DNA of 64,000 bases from Octopus sinensis. Lineage: Eukaryota. Where the stretch lies: positions 1-64,000 of the forward strand of contig NW_021832606.1 in assembly GCF_006345805.1 (NCBI RefSeq), given 5' to 3'. The notes beneath the pieces were generated by a model. The model saw only the letters and a program-made list of their open reading frames with translations. It did no database searches and was not told the origin of the DNA. The translations under genes and the position numbers were made by a program. Numbering within the stretch: position 1 is the stretch's first letter; every line of letters starts with the position of its first letter. Below are positions 27,750 to 40,244 of this stretch, piece by piece.

Positions 27750-28559
27750 AGTTAGTTAATGGATAATAGCAAATGCAACAAGTGATTGGCTTTGGAAAAG
27801 GAAATGTTTATCCAAGAAGTGAAGCACTGTATTCTTTATTCCAAAATACCAACTTGTTTTTTAACTAAGGGAAAATTATATAACCACTTTATGAGAACAA
27901 AAAAACTTGGTGGTTATTTCCCGTTATTTTCTCTGGTAAAAACCATATTATTCTCAAACAGATAACAAGTGAATTAATTAGTTTTAAATTGACTGCCTTT
28001 AATTAGCCATTAAGTTGTTTTAGAATTATATAAACTATAATTCGATTAGTGCCGCCCATGTAAGATCATTGAAAACTAGTTTTCCAACTATCTCATGTTT
28101 GGTGTGAGCGTTTCATCGTCCTTTACTGTTATTTTCATTGGGTCATTTTAGATAATTATTTATTTTACTTTGATTCTTTGTTTAACATTCAGCTATCAGA
28201 ATAGATTTAAGATTTGTGAAATGTGTTTAAACATTTTCTCATCTAAAATTTAAAGCGAAATTTCATGAGTTATTATTTTTTTCTGGCATGATTATCTACT
28301 AAACCAATCAAGGATTTAATCAAGTTTAAATAAAAAATGATGAAATGAGTGGACAATCGTATTCAAGGAGTATTAAATAGTGGTGGGAGGATACCACAAT
28401 GTCATGGGTCAGTCAGCCTGTCTTTATCAAGTAAACGATAACTTTGCTCAGAATTCGTTCAATAAAAAGATAGCCAGGCACTCTTTTTAATGTGAGCAAA
28501 TAAAATCAATGTGGCCAATTTCTCGTTAAAGAGTCCGTTCATTTAAAGAATCTCCTTCC

Positions 28560-29310
28560 CCGTGACTATTATTGTTTTTCAGCCTTGCGATATTCGACAT
28601 TTCTGAATAATTTGACTTGTTTAAGTGTCTCAAAGTGAAGGTTAAAAACAATCTCAGCCTTAAATCTGCTTTGGAGGATATCGAGAGCCTTGTCGTTGAG
28701 TGACTGTCTATCTGTAGAGAGGTAGTTAATCATTTAGGAACCTTGATTTGCAGCTGTGTTCTTACGTGGCGTAATTCTATGTGCTGTTTAACCCGTCAAA
28801 ACTCCGTTGACAACTCTAGAAGTTGATGTTGGTGACTATACTCCCAATGTTCCCCACGTTGGTTACAAAGATGAGGACCTCGATTAAAAAATCAATGACC
28901 ACAAAAAATGTTCAAAATTAGTGACAGGTCAAGGGACTTGTCCAATATTAGTCAAAATGAGAGTAAAGGTGTATATATATCAACTGGCTCACACATACCC
29001 ATCGGGCAGAATAAAATCCAATCGAATTGCTCACTGAGAAGTACACACAGGCATTTCAGTAGATAATTATCAAAATGTAAGAGACCAGTCTAACCAAGAA
29101 ACTTAGTTTTGTTCTCCACCACTTAAAGTATTTGACATGTATTTATAGAATTCTCTTTCCTTGCATCTCGGGAAAGTAGTCGTCGGACAGTCCTCCATAA
29201 AAGTAGTGGACGGGGATCATTGAGATGATTTCAAATTTAAACTGGAATGTCGCCCTGTACTTTATTCCCAACTTTTTAGGTCAGTTGACTTCATCACGAA
29301 GAGACGGACT
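28560..29310 (-). pseudogene. Cyclic-nucleotide-gated channel alpha-subunit (CNGA-like) pseudogene
   Basis: Across frames: KYRATFQFKFEIISMIP, LVSYILIIIY*NACVYFSVSNSIGF, TLILTNIGQVP*PV, FVVIDFLIEVLIFVTNVGNIGSIVTNIN, KVPK*FNYL, FKAEIVFNLHFETLKQVKLF. These are collinear with CNGA S3 to C-linker; there are several stops and frameshifts. Confidence 0.8.
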
Positions 29311-29862
29311 TGCAATCACTTTGCAAATAAAGGAAGTCGTGGATAGATGGAAAAGATTATTTAATTAATAAATATTTACTTATTTAAATTTGTCGTTAAA
29401 AGAATTAAATCAATTATTCATATTTAAAGATTTGTTACATATCAGTAATTTAGGTTTGTTGTGCCGAAATTAATTTCAGGTTCTTACATATTCGATTGGA
29501 GCAAAAAGATCATTAAAAGTGATCTTTCAAAGTGATCTTTTATCAAATGCTCAGACTAATTGTAAGTTCATTTTGCTGATATGATTCCTCATGATTTGTA
29601 AAAACCATTTCTATTTTTCCTAACTTTTCGTGTAATTGATTGAAAACATTTGGGACAAAGATAAGTGACAAGATTACGAACATGACTCCCCATTAAACTT
29701 AATTTATATTGCAATAATAAAGTTATTAAATGCGAATTCTTGACATAGTTCCTGATTAAGCCATTTGATTTTTTAAAATATCAGTTCAAAAGTATTAAAA
29801 ATAAATATTAACACAAGACTCTTTTTAGCAGCCTGGGCAACCCACATATTGTCGTTATCAAC

Positions 29863-30270
29863 GCCAATGGCTGAAGAGTTTGCTATGGCCGTTGTGGGTT
29901 CGAATCCCAATGAGGCCACTTTCTAGGTGGGGTCAATTCTGGCTAACGTTTCCTTACCCGTGAGTTGACGAGTCTTTGTGGGATGACACAGTTGTTGAGT
30001 GGAGATCTCCAACCTTTCCAGACCTTAGCGTGGAGTTTGGGTTCACCAAGTCAGTTGGAACTTTCGGAAGTTTCAATTTGATTTCTAAAAGTTCAGGGGG
30101 CACTTAATACCCACCGAAAAAGGACTTCTAGAACTCTGACCCAGGGAATATCGTCTTCTCAAGTCGATCACTTTCTGCAGGATCAAACTTTTTCGGAGGA
30201 TCTTGGTCGCTTGCAAAGTGTATCGGGGATTATAATTAACTGGTTTACCCTTTGGTCAACTTAATAAATA
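29863..30270 (+). mobile_element. tRNA-derived SINE-like element (most complete copy)
   Basis: A-box-like TGGCTGAAGAG, B-box GGTTCGAATCCC (29897..29908); body and 3' end GGGGATTATAATTAACTGG shared with copies at 53973 and 60967. Confidence 0.65.
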
Positions 30271-30399
30271 ACGTGGTTGAAGTATTGGAATAACTCAGAA
30301 TGATTATTATCATATTTGAAGGATAGGAATTTCTTTCAATAGTCAACAGAAACATCGGAGTGTAAAATATCGAAGGTCTGCATTAAAGTGGATACCCCA

Positions 30400-30680
30400 A
30401 TAAGCACCTCGATTGTTACTCGAGATTGTGGTCCACGAAAAGGATATTACGGAGATCGTTATCGTGGAGGTGAAATCACGTGACTAGACTGTTTGCAGAC
30501 AGTAAAAGGAGGAAGCGAGCTAGGGCTGATTCACTAAAGTCCATGTCATTTTGTGTGTGATGACATGGGATGGACTGATCACTAAATACCACATTGGGTG
30601 TAGATAAGTCGTTACAGGCATATTGGCAGTCAGCTGTACTTAAGATAACTCTGGAGAGTATTTCGTTTGATGCTGTTCTT
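30400..30680 (+). mobile_element. Highly degraded R4-like endonuclease fragment
   Basis: EIVVHEKDITEIVIVEV, VHVILCVMTWDGLITKYH, AYWQSAVLKITLESISFD; same domain as 8393..8880. Confidence 0.65.
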
Positions 30681-31179
30681 TCCTGACATTTAGTCGGCGA
30701 TAGGCGCTGGATCGCATCTTCTCGGAAGTTTTAAAATCCCGAGAAGAGGAGGAAATTGGTGTAGTTCGTTTGATCTCTACCGGATACCTCTTGAATGGCA
30801 AATCCGTCCGGATCGGGATTTTTGGATCTCAAAGGATTTTTGGATCTGCTTGTTGATGCGAGAAAGTTGTCGATTCTAAGTACGTGACTTTCTCTCTTGC
30901 AAATTATGTACGGGTAGATTCTCCATTCACCCAGGTTAGACTTCGCTCTTTTCAAACACCTTAATGTTGGGTGTATTTACGAATCGTATTTGAAATATAG
31001 TACATTTAATGAATAATCTGCAGGTACAAACTCGGAGAGGAAATAACGAATCATTTTCCAACATGGATGAGTGTGCCCATCGAAGAGATTGGCTTTGCCT
31101 GGAAAAAGAAGAGAATCAACTGAGAAAAGAAGCATTAATTAAAAATTAAACATTACTCGTTGTTCTGTTCAATAAATCA

Positions 31180-31325
31180 GATATTTCAAGTCGATCTAAT
31201 AATATTTTGTTTGAAAATCTAAATAAAAGTAATTTTGAAGTGATCAAAAAACTAGAAGAAATTTTTATGGAGTACGGCCCATGTAAATATTTGCAATCGG
31301 AGAACGGCACAGAGTTCAAGAACAT
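31180..31325 (+). mobile_element. Integrase (rve/Ginger-like DDE) core fragment
   Basis: FQVDLI and NKSNFEVIKKLEEIFMEYGPCKYLQSENGTEFKN resemble the integrase D...LQSDNGxEF region. Confidence 0.5.
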
Positions 31326-31703
31326 TTATATTACGTAAAAAAACATATAGAGAAAAAAATATACTTCCTACCTTCAATTGATGTCACAATTATCGAAGAA
31401 TGTCCGCCTAAAAAACATCCAGTTATTGAAACCCCACAATAAATGTCAGTTGATGGTATGTTTAAACGTTTATTTAACTTTTTAGGGGAGCAGATAGAGA
31501 TAAGTACAGCAGAGAAAAAAAATCAACAAATTGTGATCATCTTCTCATTTATAGACATTATTCCTTGCTACCTATTTTCTTTTGTGAATTCTGTCTTTTT
31601 CCATCTGCTGAATATTTCGAAATGATTGAATTTTATTTTGCCCTCAAAGTTTGAACTGCATCTGGTCTTGTCGTCCCGAGGAAATTCTGATCAAACAATA
31701 GTA

Positions 31704-32517
31704 CAGTGCTGGTGGAAAAAAACCGGTTTTGCAGTTACTAAGTTTTTTTGGCAGATAGCATTCAATTTTCCAACTGAATTGAACTCTTTGGAGTTTATTA
31801 GATTTATAATTTTTTTTGTTTATAAAAAATTTCATTAATCGTTTAAAATTTTGAAGATTTAAATTTTTGCGTGTGAATAAAAAACCGATTTGATTTATTG
31901 AATGATATTTTATTTGTTGAATTTTAAGTTTTATAAGCAAATGTTAAATGCAATAATTAAAGGAAAGATCCTTGCTCTTTTTGAGTTAAATTGGACGATA
32001 AAAGATATCGCAAAACATCTAAATACTTTAAAATCGACAATCAGAGATTTTTTCCGAAAATTCAAAAAATATGGAATTGCTGATAGGATTTCTGATTCCG
32101 GACGTCATAGAAAGCTTCAGAAAACAGACATTGAAATCCTATTACATCGATCCAAAAAAATCTTCTACCACGTTGAGAAATGAAATAAAACATTTAACTG
32201 GTAAGAGTGTCTGTAGAAAGACAATTGGAACTTATTTAAATTCAAATTTTCTCTTCGGAAGAGTATGTCAACGTAAACCGTTGCTTTCGAAGAAAAACAT
32301 AATAAAAAGATGTGAATTGTCAAAAATTTTTATTCGGATGAACAATGACGCATGGAAAACTATTATTTTCTCTGATGAAGCATCTTTTCAGATTTTTATA
32401 AACAAAAAAATTATAAATTTAATAAACTCCAAAGAGTTCAATTCAGTTGGAAAATTGAATGCTATCTGCCAAAAAAACTTAGTAACTGCAAAACCGGTTT
32501 TTTTTCCACCAGCACTG
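31704..32517 (+). mobile_element. Non-autonomous Tc1-like element with long near-perfect TIRs and TA TSD
   Basis: TA|CAGTGCTGGTGG...CCACCAGCACTG|TA, TIRs of about 125 bp; transposase N-half (HTH, GRHRKL, RKPLLSKKN, TIIFSDEASF) truncated after the first catalytic Asp. Confidence 0.93.
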
Positions 32518-33145
32518 TATTTCCAATGATATTCGAACGCTTTAAAGATTATTTTCATCATCTTTGGCTAAATCATTAATCTAAATTTAATAATCTTCTA
32601 ATTTTATGCATCCGTTGTTTGCAAACAATCGAAGTTATCATTAGTTAGTTAATAGCACTTCCGATTGTCATAAGCACATAAGTGTCTCATGCCGTACTCT
32701 CAACTATCATTCCGGTCAGTCTTTTCTAACCGGCCTTGTTACTCGCGCGTAGAACAAGCTATCATTTCGATTCGCGAAATCTTTCTATAAAAAGGCTATT
32801 TAAAAAAGCTACTAATTCCTTAAATGTCGGAGTCTTAATTTCAGACTCAGAACGTTATATGACATGTGGATATCTATTTCATTAATTGTAGCTGGGAATT
32901 CGTTAAGAATCTTTTATCAAAATCTTGAAAAATTTTAAATAATAGGTACTATTTTCACTGTTTCATGAAAAATAAATTAATTTTAGCTCATTAGATAAAG
33001 AGTCGCATTTTCTAATTTTATTTGATTTCCACATGCTGTAAATTTTGAAATGATGAATCGAAATTTCAGCTAAAAAATGATTTCTTGTTAATTGAACAGG
33101 AACAAATCAAATTTATTTTTATTCTGTTTAAATAAATGTGTCATT

Positions 33146-33264
33146 ATCGCACGATCATGCTTAGTCGTAAATACCCGTTCCCATCCGAACACGGCAGTTA
33201 AGCGATTACAGGCTGTTCTAGTACTTGGCTGGGTGACCGCCTGGGAACAAACAGTGTCGTACAA
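33146..33264 (+). rRNA. 5S: 5S rRNA gene, solitary
   Basis: About 119 nt with CCGAAC, GTTAAGC and TAGTACTTGGCTGGGTGACCGCCTGGGAAC conserved blocks; helices II-V pair; followed by TTTTT. Confidence 0.9.
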
Positions 33265-33269
33265 TTTTT
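33265..33269 (+). terminator. Pol III oligo-T terminator
   Basis: TTTTT immediately after the 5S 3' end. Confidence 0.75.
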
Positions 33270-33899
33270 CTATTAAATTAAATATGTATTTTTTCGAATA
33301 TAGATGTATAGTATGAAGAACATTTATAAATAATTTTATATCATTTGGTGGCTCTTTAAGTCTTGACTCAATTTTATTATTTTTTTACCATTATTTGTTT
33401 TTATATATGATTTTTGTAAAATTATGTAAAATTTTACATATTCAGTCGTAAATCTTGCATATACGATATAGAATGTATTACAAGCTTCGTATAAAAATGA
33501 CTCTTTCAGAGGACCACGTAAGAAATCGAAAATCGTAAAATACTGGGACTTCTGATTGATATTCATAGCCGCAGAGATTGGCGGTATTCTTTGAACGTTG
33601 GCAATTCATATATTTTATTCAATAAAGAATGACAAATTGTCCAATTTCGATAAAATGTATTTAAGGGCTTATATTGGGACTCTCCAAAAAGCAAATTATT
33701 TTATGGCGTGGTTTCAAGACACTACTTTTTATGGTTTAAAATGAGTTTACATTGCGTTTCACAACGCTTGCTAACTAAGAATTGTTCTGGAAAATCTCAC
33801 AAAAATTAAATAAATTGTCTAAAAACTAGAAATAGGCAATTTCTTAAATAAATGTAGCAAGACAGTCTATATTAGCATATTTAATGCCAAATCAAATAT

Positions 33900-34991
33900 T
33901 TCACATCACAAATCACAAAAATGATCGTCCACAACACTCCCATCCACACTAAACATATTTCTCAACACAATAATTTCCGACTAAAAATAAACAAAGCCAA
34001 ATAACCATCAAAGCACGATTTTCCGCCACAAGCTTCTCATTCTCGCTTTGCTGTCTCTGAATCACCTCCGCCTGCGACTCAATCATGCAATTACTGTGGA
34101 CCAAACTATCCTTCAAAACCTTAAGACTCAAAACCAGTCGAAACCTCCACGAAATCCTCACTTCTTCCGCTTTTTGAGGGAGAAATCGACTATTTTATTA
34201 ACAAAACTAAACTCGATCCTTCAATGACGAATTTGCCCTCACAAATTCACAATTTTGGAAGAACTGATCTTTCTGGCTAATCTGGGCACTCATCAGCAAA
34301 ATGATCTCGTCTTTGGAGGTCACAGAAGCACGAAGAGACCTGATTTCGTCCACAGCTTGTTCGCCTTGTGGGGAAATATTCCAAAACATACATTTATGTG
34401 TGAGACTAATCCTCTGTTGTTCTAATTTTTGCAAATCTAAGGCGTGGGTCATTTGTTTGTGTTGTATTTGTTCAATCAGGCGGTCGACTTTGATCTTGAG
34501 GTTTTTGGAAATGACTGCTTGGTCCTCGAATTGGCTGTTTCTCAGTTCGAGATCTGCACATTTGATTTGCGAGTTTTTCAGACTGTCGAGAAGAATTTTG
34601 TTCTCATTTTCGAGGGATTTTGTTGTGCTTTCGTGCTGAAGCTGCACGTGAATAAACACAAAATACCAAAACGTTGGCGAATTTGAAGGATTCGAGTTCC
34701 CTGTCTCTTTGGAACATGATTTTTTCATCTTGGTGGTTTTTTGAAATTTTTTCGACTGTTTTTCGTTCGTCTCTCTAAAAAGATAATATTTATAATAAAT
34801 GATACAAGTATATTTTCAAGTTCGTGTTTTTTCTCTAATAGTGACTTGAGTTGGGATTCCTGCTGTTGTTGTGTGAACTACAAATTAGACGAAAGAGCTT
34901 TTTGTACTCTGCGGTGCTGGAGTTCTTCGATAATTTCAGTTATTTTTGATTTTAGGTTATTATAAGTATGATTTAAATTTTCTTCTCCCAT
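33900..34991 (-). CDS. Multi-exon coiled-coil protein (weak CCDC73-like N-terminus)
   Basis: ATG at 34991; spliced reading MGEENLNHTYNNLKSKITEIIEELQHRR...QESQLKSLLEKKHELENIL...ENENKILLDSLKNSQ, with 19-31-nt GT-AG introns keeping frame. The 3' end is approximate. Confidence 0.55.
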
Positions 34992-35698
34992 GGGTGAGCG
35001 AAATAAACACAAACAACATAAACTGTTTATTTTCGCGCAAAATTTATTTCATAAAATTAAATTTAAATTAATATTAGAATAAACACTTTTAAATTAAACA
35101 ATAATTATTGATTCTTATGAGATTTTAATAGTAAAATTTACTAATATTCCCCAATACTCAATTTTGTGTATACAATTTTGTATTCAATGCCAATTCACTA
35201 GGAGGAATAAATGCTGTTGTGAGACAATCCTCGTGGCTTTTCCGACTCGTCTTTTAAACGCCCGATATTTAAGTAGAAGAGTTGGTTACTGTGTATCAAT
35301 TTTTTCAGATTTATTGGAGGTGATTGTGTATAACTTCAAGAATCTAAGTAGGTCTACAAAGCTCTGTCATTTCAGAGATATTGAGATAATAACAGAATAT
35401 GCCAACATCGACCCTGACAACAGTTTATTAATTACATTAAAAAATTATGTTTTTTTAAATTTTTTTATAATATAAAAGTAAATATTTCTTAATTTGGTAA
35501 TAATAATTTTTCCATGCTATATCGGAACTGGCCTAATTTATAACGCACATATACTTCCTTTTAAAAATGTTTTCTTCATTTTTAGGACTATTCCTAGCTT
35601 ATTTCTTTACATTTGGTTTATTCATAATAAATTAATATTTATTAGAATTATTAAAAAACCCAATAAATAGACTATCAATTCCACTGATTAATAACGAC

Positions 35699-36037
35699 GT
35701 GGATTTGCTGTCCATCTTTCCATGTTCCAAGGCACAACTATTTTATACCTTCCCCTGGGACAAAAAGGAGACAGTCCTTATCATCAGAGCTGTCGAGGCA
35801 GTCAGGGACGGCTGGTATTTGTTCAGGACCCTCAAGACCAGGACTCCGTATTACATTGGGACACCAAAGAGCGTCCCTGGATCGGCAGGAAATGGAATTT
35901 ACATTCATAAGAGAAAATATGGATTGGAGGAAATTGTGGTTTTTAAACATTTTAATGAGACAAATGTACTGAATCAATGCATTCGCATGACTGTAGAATT
36001 AAAGTGCCTCGAACTTATTAAAAATGATTTTTTATGA
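35699..36037 (+). CDS. Possible coding segment, unknown product
   Basis: 112-codon ORF with locally higher GC in an AT-rich region; no recognised motif. Confidence 0.25.
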   Translation: MDLLSIFPCSKAQLFYTFPWDKKETVLIIRAVEAVRDGWYLFRTLKTRTPYYIGTPKSVPGSAGNGIYIHKRKYGLEEIVVFKHFNETNVLNQCIRMTVELKCLELIKNDFL

Positions 36038-38271
36038 TGAAATAATGAAATGTGATATTACATAAATGTGTGATTGCATTTTATTCTTTAAAATTATTTC
36101 TAAACTTATACTTTCATAAAATTTGGAATCGTGACATCTATTGATTTCAAGAAAATATCTTTAGTTCAAATTAATTTAAAAATTCGATTATATTTATGAA
36201 CTGAATGAACTTTATAAATTTTTGTTTTTTTTAAAAATCAATGCACGGCATGTCAATGTTCAATTAACAACTCAATAATGATTTAAAGGTTTCTTCTTTC
36301 ATTCAACTTCGTTCTTTGACCAAGTGGAATTCATAATTGAAAATATTCTTTTTACAGGACCAGTAGTGCCAGGTAAGCAAAAAACATATTCGATAATTTT
36401 AACAACTTTAATGACTCAGAAATAAGCATACGGACACAATTTTAGAATATCTTAATTTTAAATACAAAATTGAAATTTATAGATGAATCGGTTAAAAAAT
36501 GCTTAAAAAGTGTCTGCATTCAATATTCGGTAATTGATAAATATAGACCAACATTAACGTTGTATGTGGTTGTATGTTCAATTGTGATTATTTCCCAAGA
36601 CAACAAAGTAGGTCAATTTATTAATATGTATCTCTGTTAACAATACGAAATCAAAAACGCTCAAGGCACATTCCGTAAAATCTGCAGTAGGTAGTGAATT
36701 TTTCGAGATGGATGCTCCCCGAAATACCAATATCCAGAACAAAAAAATATTTTTATGAAAGACAAAAAACAATAACCTTAATTGCGGTTGAGATCATTTA
36801 TCAAAAATTATTAAATAAAAAAATGGTAAATATTAATTTTGGAGCCAACCTGAAATGTTATTGTAAGCAATTTCATTAAAAAATTGAAAGTTGAAATGAA
36901 AGTTTTTTGTAGATCTTGAAACCATGAGGAACCTGCAAGGACGGCGAAGAAAGCTCAACAAGAAGACGTCAAAATTCTATCGAATTCTTAAACTTCGTAC
37001 TGTGGAACTCGTCTAAAACGGCCCCTGAATATACCGAATATCTCGCTATACCAGCTTTATTCTTCAGTCCAAATTTTTTACAGTTTTTTCAATATAAATT
37101 TAACCTCTTTACGATTAAAAATTTAATTTACTGACTTGATATCGTAATTTACGTTAATATCGATAATGGGTCTGCTGATAATCGAAAATTCAATAAATAT
37201 TTAATCATTAAGCAAAATTTAAGAAATATGTTTAAGATTAAAAAAAGGTATGGTAAAATAGTTAATTTGTCGAAATAAAACCTGAACTGTAAACATATAA
37301 AAAAATAAAATTTTAAAGAGAGTTCTGATATTAAAATGATAAGCCAATTAAATTTTTAAGATGTCTAGCAATCTCTAAACTTGAATAAAATTTTGATGAT
37401 TGTTATAAGAGAGGTCGTTTAGGAATAAAAATAGATAAATAAGTTAAACAGTATATATGCCACCTTTATCACGTGTCGTGAATTGTTGAAAATTATTACT
37501 ACGATGAATAGCTCTATGGATGTGGTTCCGTCAGGGTTCGATTTGGACAAGTTTCACTATATATGAAAAATGGTATATCAGATCGTAATTTTAATTAAAA
37601 TTCCATTAAATTGTTTATTCTTGATTTATTTGTTAATAAATTTCTTTACTATCCCTTGATTCTTATTTTCTCGTGAGTCACCCAAGAAATTATTTTCATT
37701 GTTATGCTTATGGAAACAATTACAAGCATGTGTACCCCATGCAAATACTAAGATATAATTTCTCTCTTTGATTATGAAATTTCCTACTTTCTTTTTGAGT
37801 CGATATTTTCTACGCTAGATTGACCTTCTCTAAAGATCAAATTATGTTAATCATGATCTCTCACAAACAGAGGCCAAGATAACATAACAAGAAAGAGACA
37901 AGATTCTGCTAGCCATAAATTCACTTAACTGAGTTTCTTGCAATGTCATTATATAATAACATCTCATTAAATTTTTTTTTTTTTTTGAGGAAGTTATATG
38001 TAATTGACAAATAGTTATTAACTAACTAAATTTCCGGCCTCGTAAATGGAAACACAGTTTCCACGTACTATGGCCAAGGAAATCCTTTCGAAAAGCCACT
38101 TGGACTCGCGTGGGTCTCCCCGTTTATGGGAGATCATGCGGCCAAGTAAAATGTTTTCAGAGTACAGTTGTATTGATGCATCTTACCTACGAAACTCCAC
38201 TGCCAATTACCAACATAAATTGAAATATTTGTACCTGTAAACTATAAAATTTCTAACACTCATGTTTAGAC

Positions 38272-39139
38272 CAGGCATTCTCAACCTTTTTTTGTTCATC
38301 GCCCCCTTAGATATTTTATCGCCCCCCTTTGAAATTTTATCGCCCCTTTGTCCATATACAATTTAAAAATTTTTGGGCATTGTCCCTTAATTGGTTGTTT
38401 TTTGTATATAACTCAAAAATCAAAATATAAAATAATAAATCAAATGTAAAAAATTGAATTTTTATTAAAAATTATTAGTGAGACTTTTGATATTGATGTT
38501 TACTCGCTAAATATTCTATGTCGGGTTTAAATCCCATTAAAACAGCTTTACTATCTACAATGACGCTTTCATCAATTTGTAATGAAAACTTACTTCGCTT
38601 CAGTCTTTCAATAAGGATTTCCTCTACATTGTCACCCATTTCATCAATACTTTGACGAATCACCTGAACGTGTTAGTTAATGATTAAGACGTTGTGCGCA
38701 CCCACAACTACATATAAATAAATGTTAAATAACCATCATGTACTGGCTTTGTGAATAACGATTTGATCGTTTTCTTATTTTCAAAATTGTATTTTAAATT
38801 TTGAAAATATTCAATCGGCTTTGACATTTTATCCGGGTGCTTGCGTTTTAGATGATCCTGTAATCGTGATGGCTTCATCGCCTCATTTGAGAAAGAACAT
38901 TGACAAATAAGACAATAAGGCTGTTTTGTATCTTCAGTACTTTGAATAAACCCATATTTTAAATATTCGTTTTGATAATGACGACTTTTCTTATTTGAGC
39001 GAAAAGACATCTTAGATACCAAACAAGAATGTAAAAACAGCGTGCTATTTTAAAATCGCCCCCTTGTAAAAAATTATCGCCCCCCTGTACAAAATTTTCG
39101 CCCCTAGGGGGGCGATTCGCCCCCGGTTGAGAACACCTG
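38272..39139 (-). mobile_element. Internally deleted hAT Buster element with TIRs and perfect 8-bp TSD
   Basis: TSD GTTTAGAC on both sides; TIRs CAGGCATTCTCAACC / GGTTGAGAACACCTG; ATCGCCCC subterminal repeats; BED finger (YLKYGF..PYCLIC..MKPSRLQDHLKRKH) and FSLQIDES joined directly to the C-terminus. Confidence 0.95.
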
Positions 39140-39817
39140 GTTTAGACTATCACTTTGAAAATTATAATTGTACCTGAAGAAATTTTCGTCTTCAAAAAAC
39201 TTTGAAAATTAAAATACATACCCTTACTTTATAAATTGATAAATAAATGGGTTGATACTAAACTATAGATGCAGTCGTAAATAAAATCTTTCGATCTAAA
39301 TAACATCTCCTGCTTACGCGGATGCATTTTCGACTAACAGAGAGTATATATATCTAGAGAGAGGCGTACGTTTATCTCGGTTCTGAACAGGAGCATTCTT
39401 TTGAAATTCATTGGTTGCAAAAGGAACTTCTCCTCAATCTCTCAGACTGGAATGATGAAGAAAACCCACCTGGGCATTATTACAAAATTTTAAAAGCATA
39501 AGTACTCTTAAAAAAATTCAAAATTTAATCTTCAATTGTATGAATGATCCGAATGCTAATTTATTTACTTCCACGGATTGGTCATTAAAGGAGATAATGA
39601 TGCAAAGCATGGAAATCCTGACGCATATTTGAGGATAGCTGGAAACAAGATAAACAGTGTCACTCGTCGGCTTATTTTCAAATAATTAAATCTATCAGGA
39701 CATGTTCTCGTGATTAAATAATGTGCCTCCGAGTTACCCGAATAGTCAACTAAAGTATGTAAGTGTCTTTATTCACGTAAAGTTAGTTAATTGACGGTTT
39801 GTGCTGAATTAGTGCTT

Positions 39818-40199
39818 TCATTGGAAAATTCGACTGCCAATAAAGGCATATGCAGTCCCCACCATTCCCCACGACAACATACCCCTCAACCCGTTGAGAA
39901 AACATCCCATTCCATGCACAGCCAACGCGTGCTTATTCCACACGTATATAAACGTGCTGAACGGCCCATAAAACCTGCCTCCCATAAACTTCTGTGTTCT
40001 GATCCGAACTAAATCGAACGGATAGAACAACACGCCCAAAATCCCCCCAACCAACACTCCGTAAAAAAGCCCACTGGGAACACTTTTCTGGACTGAGACA
40101 CCACCACGGCCTGTGAACGTGAAGTAAATCACATTTCCGAGAGAATTTCTAGCTGCAATGCTGGTCCACCCACGGAAATACTCTTTCACACCAAATCGC
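39818..40199 (-). CDS. Divergent duplicate of the SLC25A51 terminal exon (putative alternative last exon)
   Basis: TAG| acceptor at 40200, then RFGVKEYFRGWTSIAARNSLGNVIYF...FYPFDLVR...LRGMLSWG...*, open for about 126 codons and collinear with 40245..40647. Confidence 0.7.
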
Positions 40200-40244
40200 C
40201 TACAATGAATTGATTTTATAAAATTTTTATTAAAAATATAATAT

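Noticed and set aside
28690-29060. TGA read as Trp (two conserved CNG Trp positions are TGA)
   Set aside because: The same segment has TAA/TAG stops and frameshifts, and intact genes use TGG for Trp and TGA as stop (ATG5, AAK1-like). Pseudogene decay explains it.
29863-29920. tRNA gene
   Set aside because: It has A/B boxes but no complete cloverleaf, and it continues into a repeated body, so it is a SINE head.
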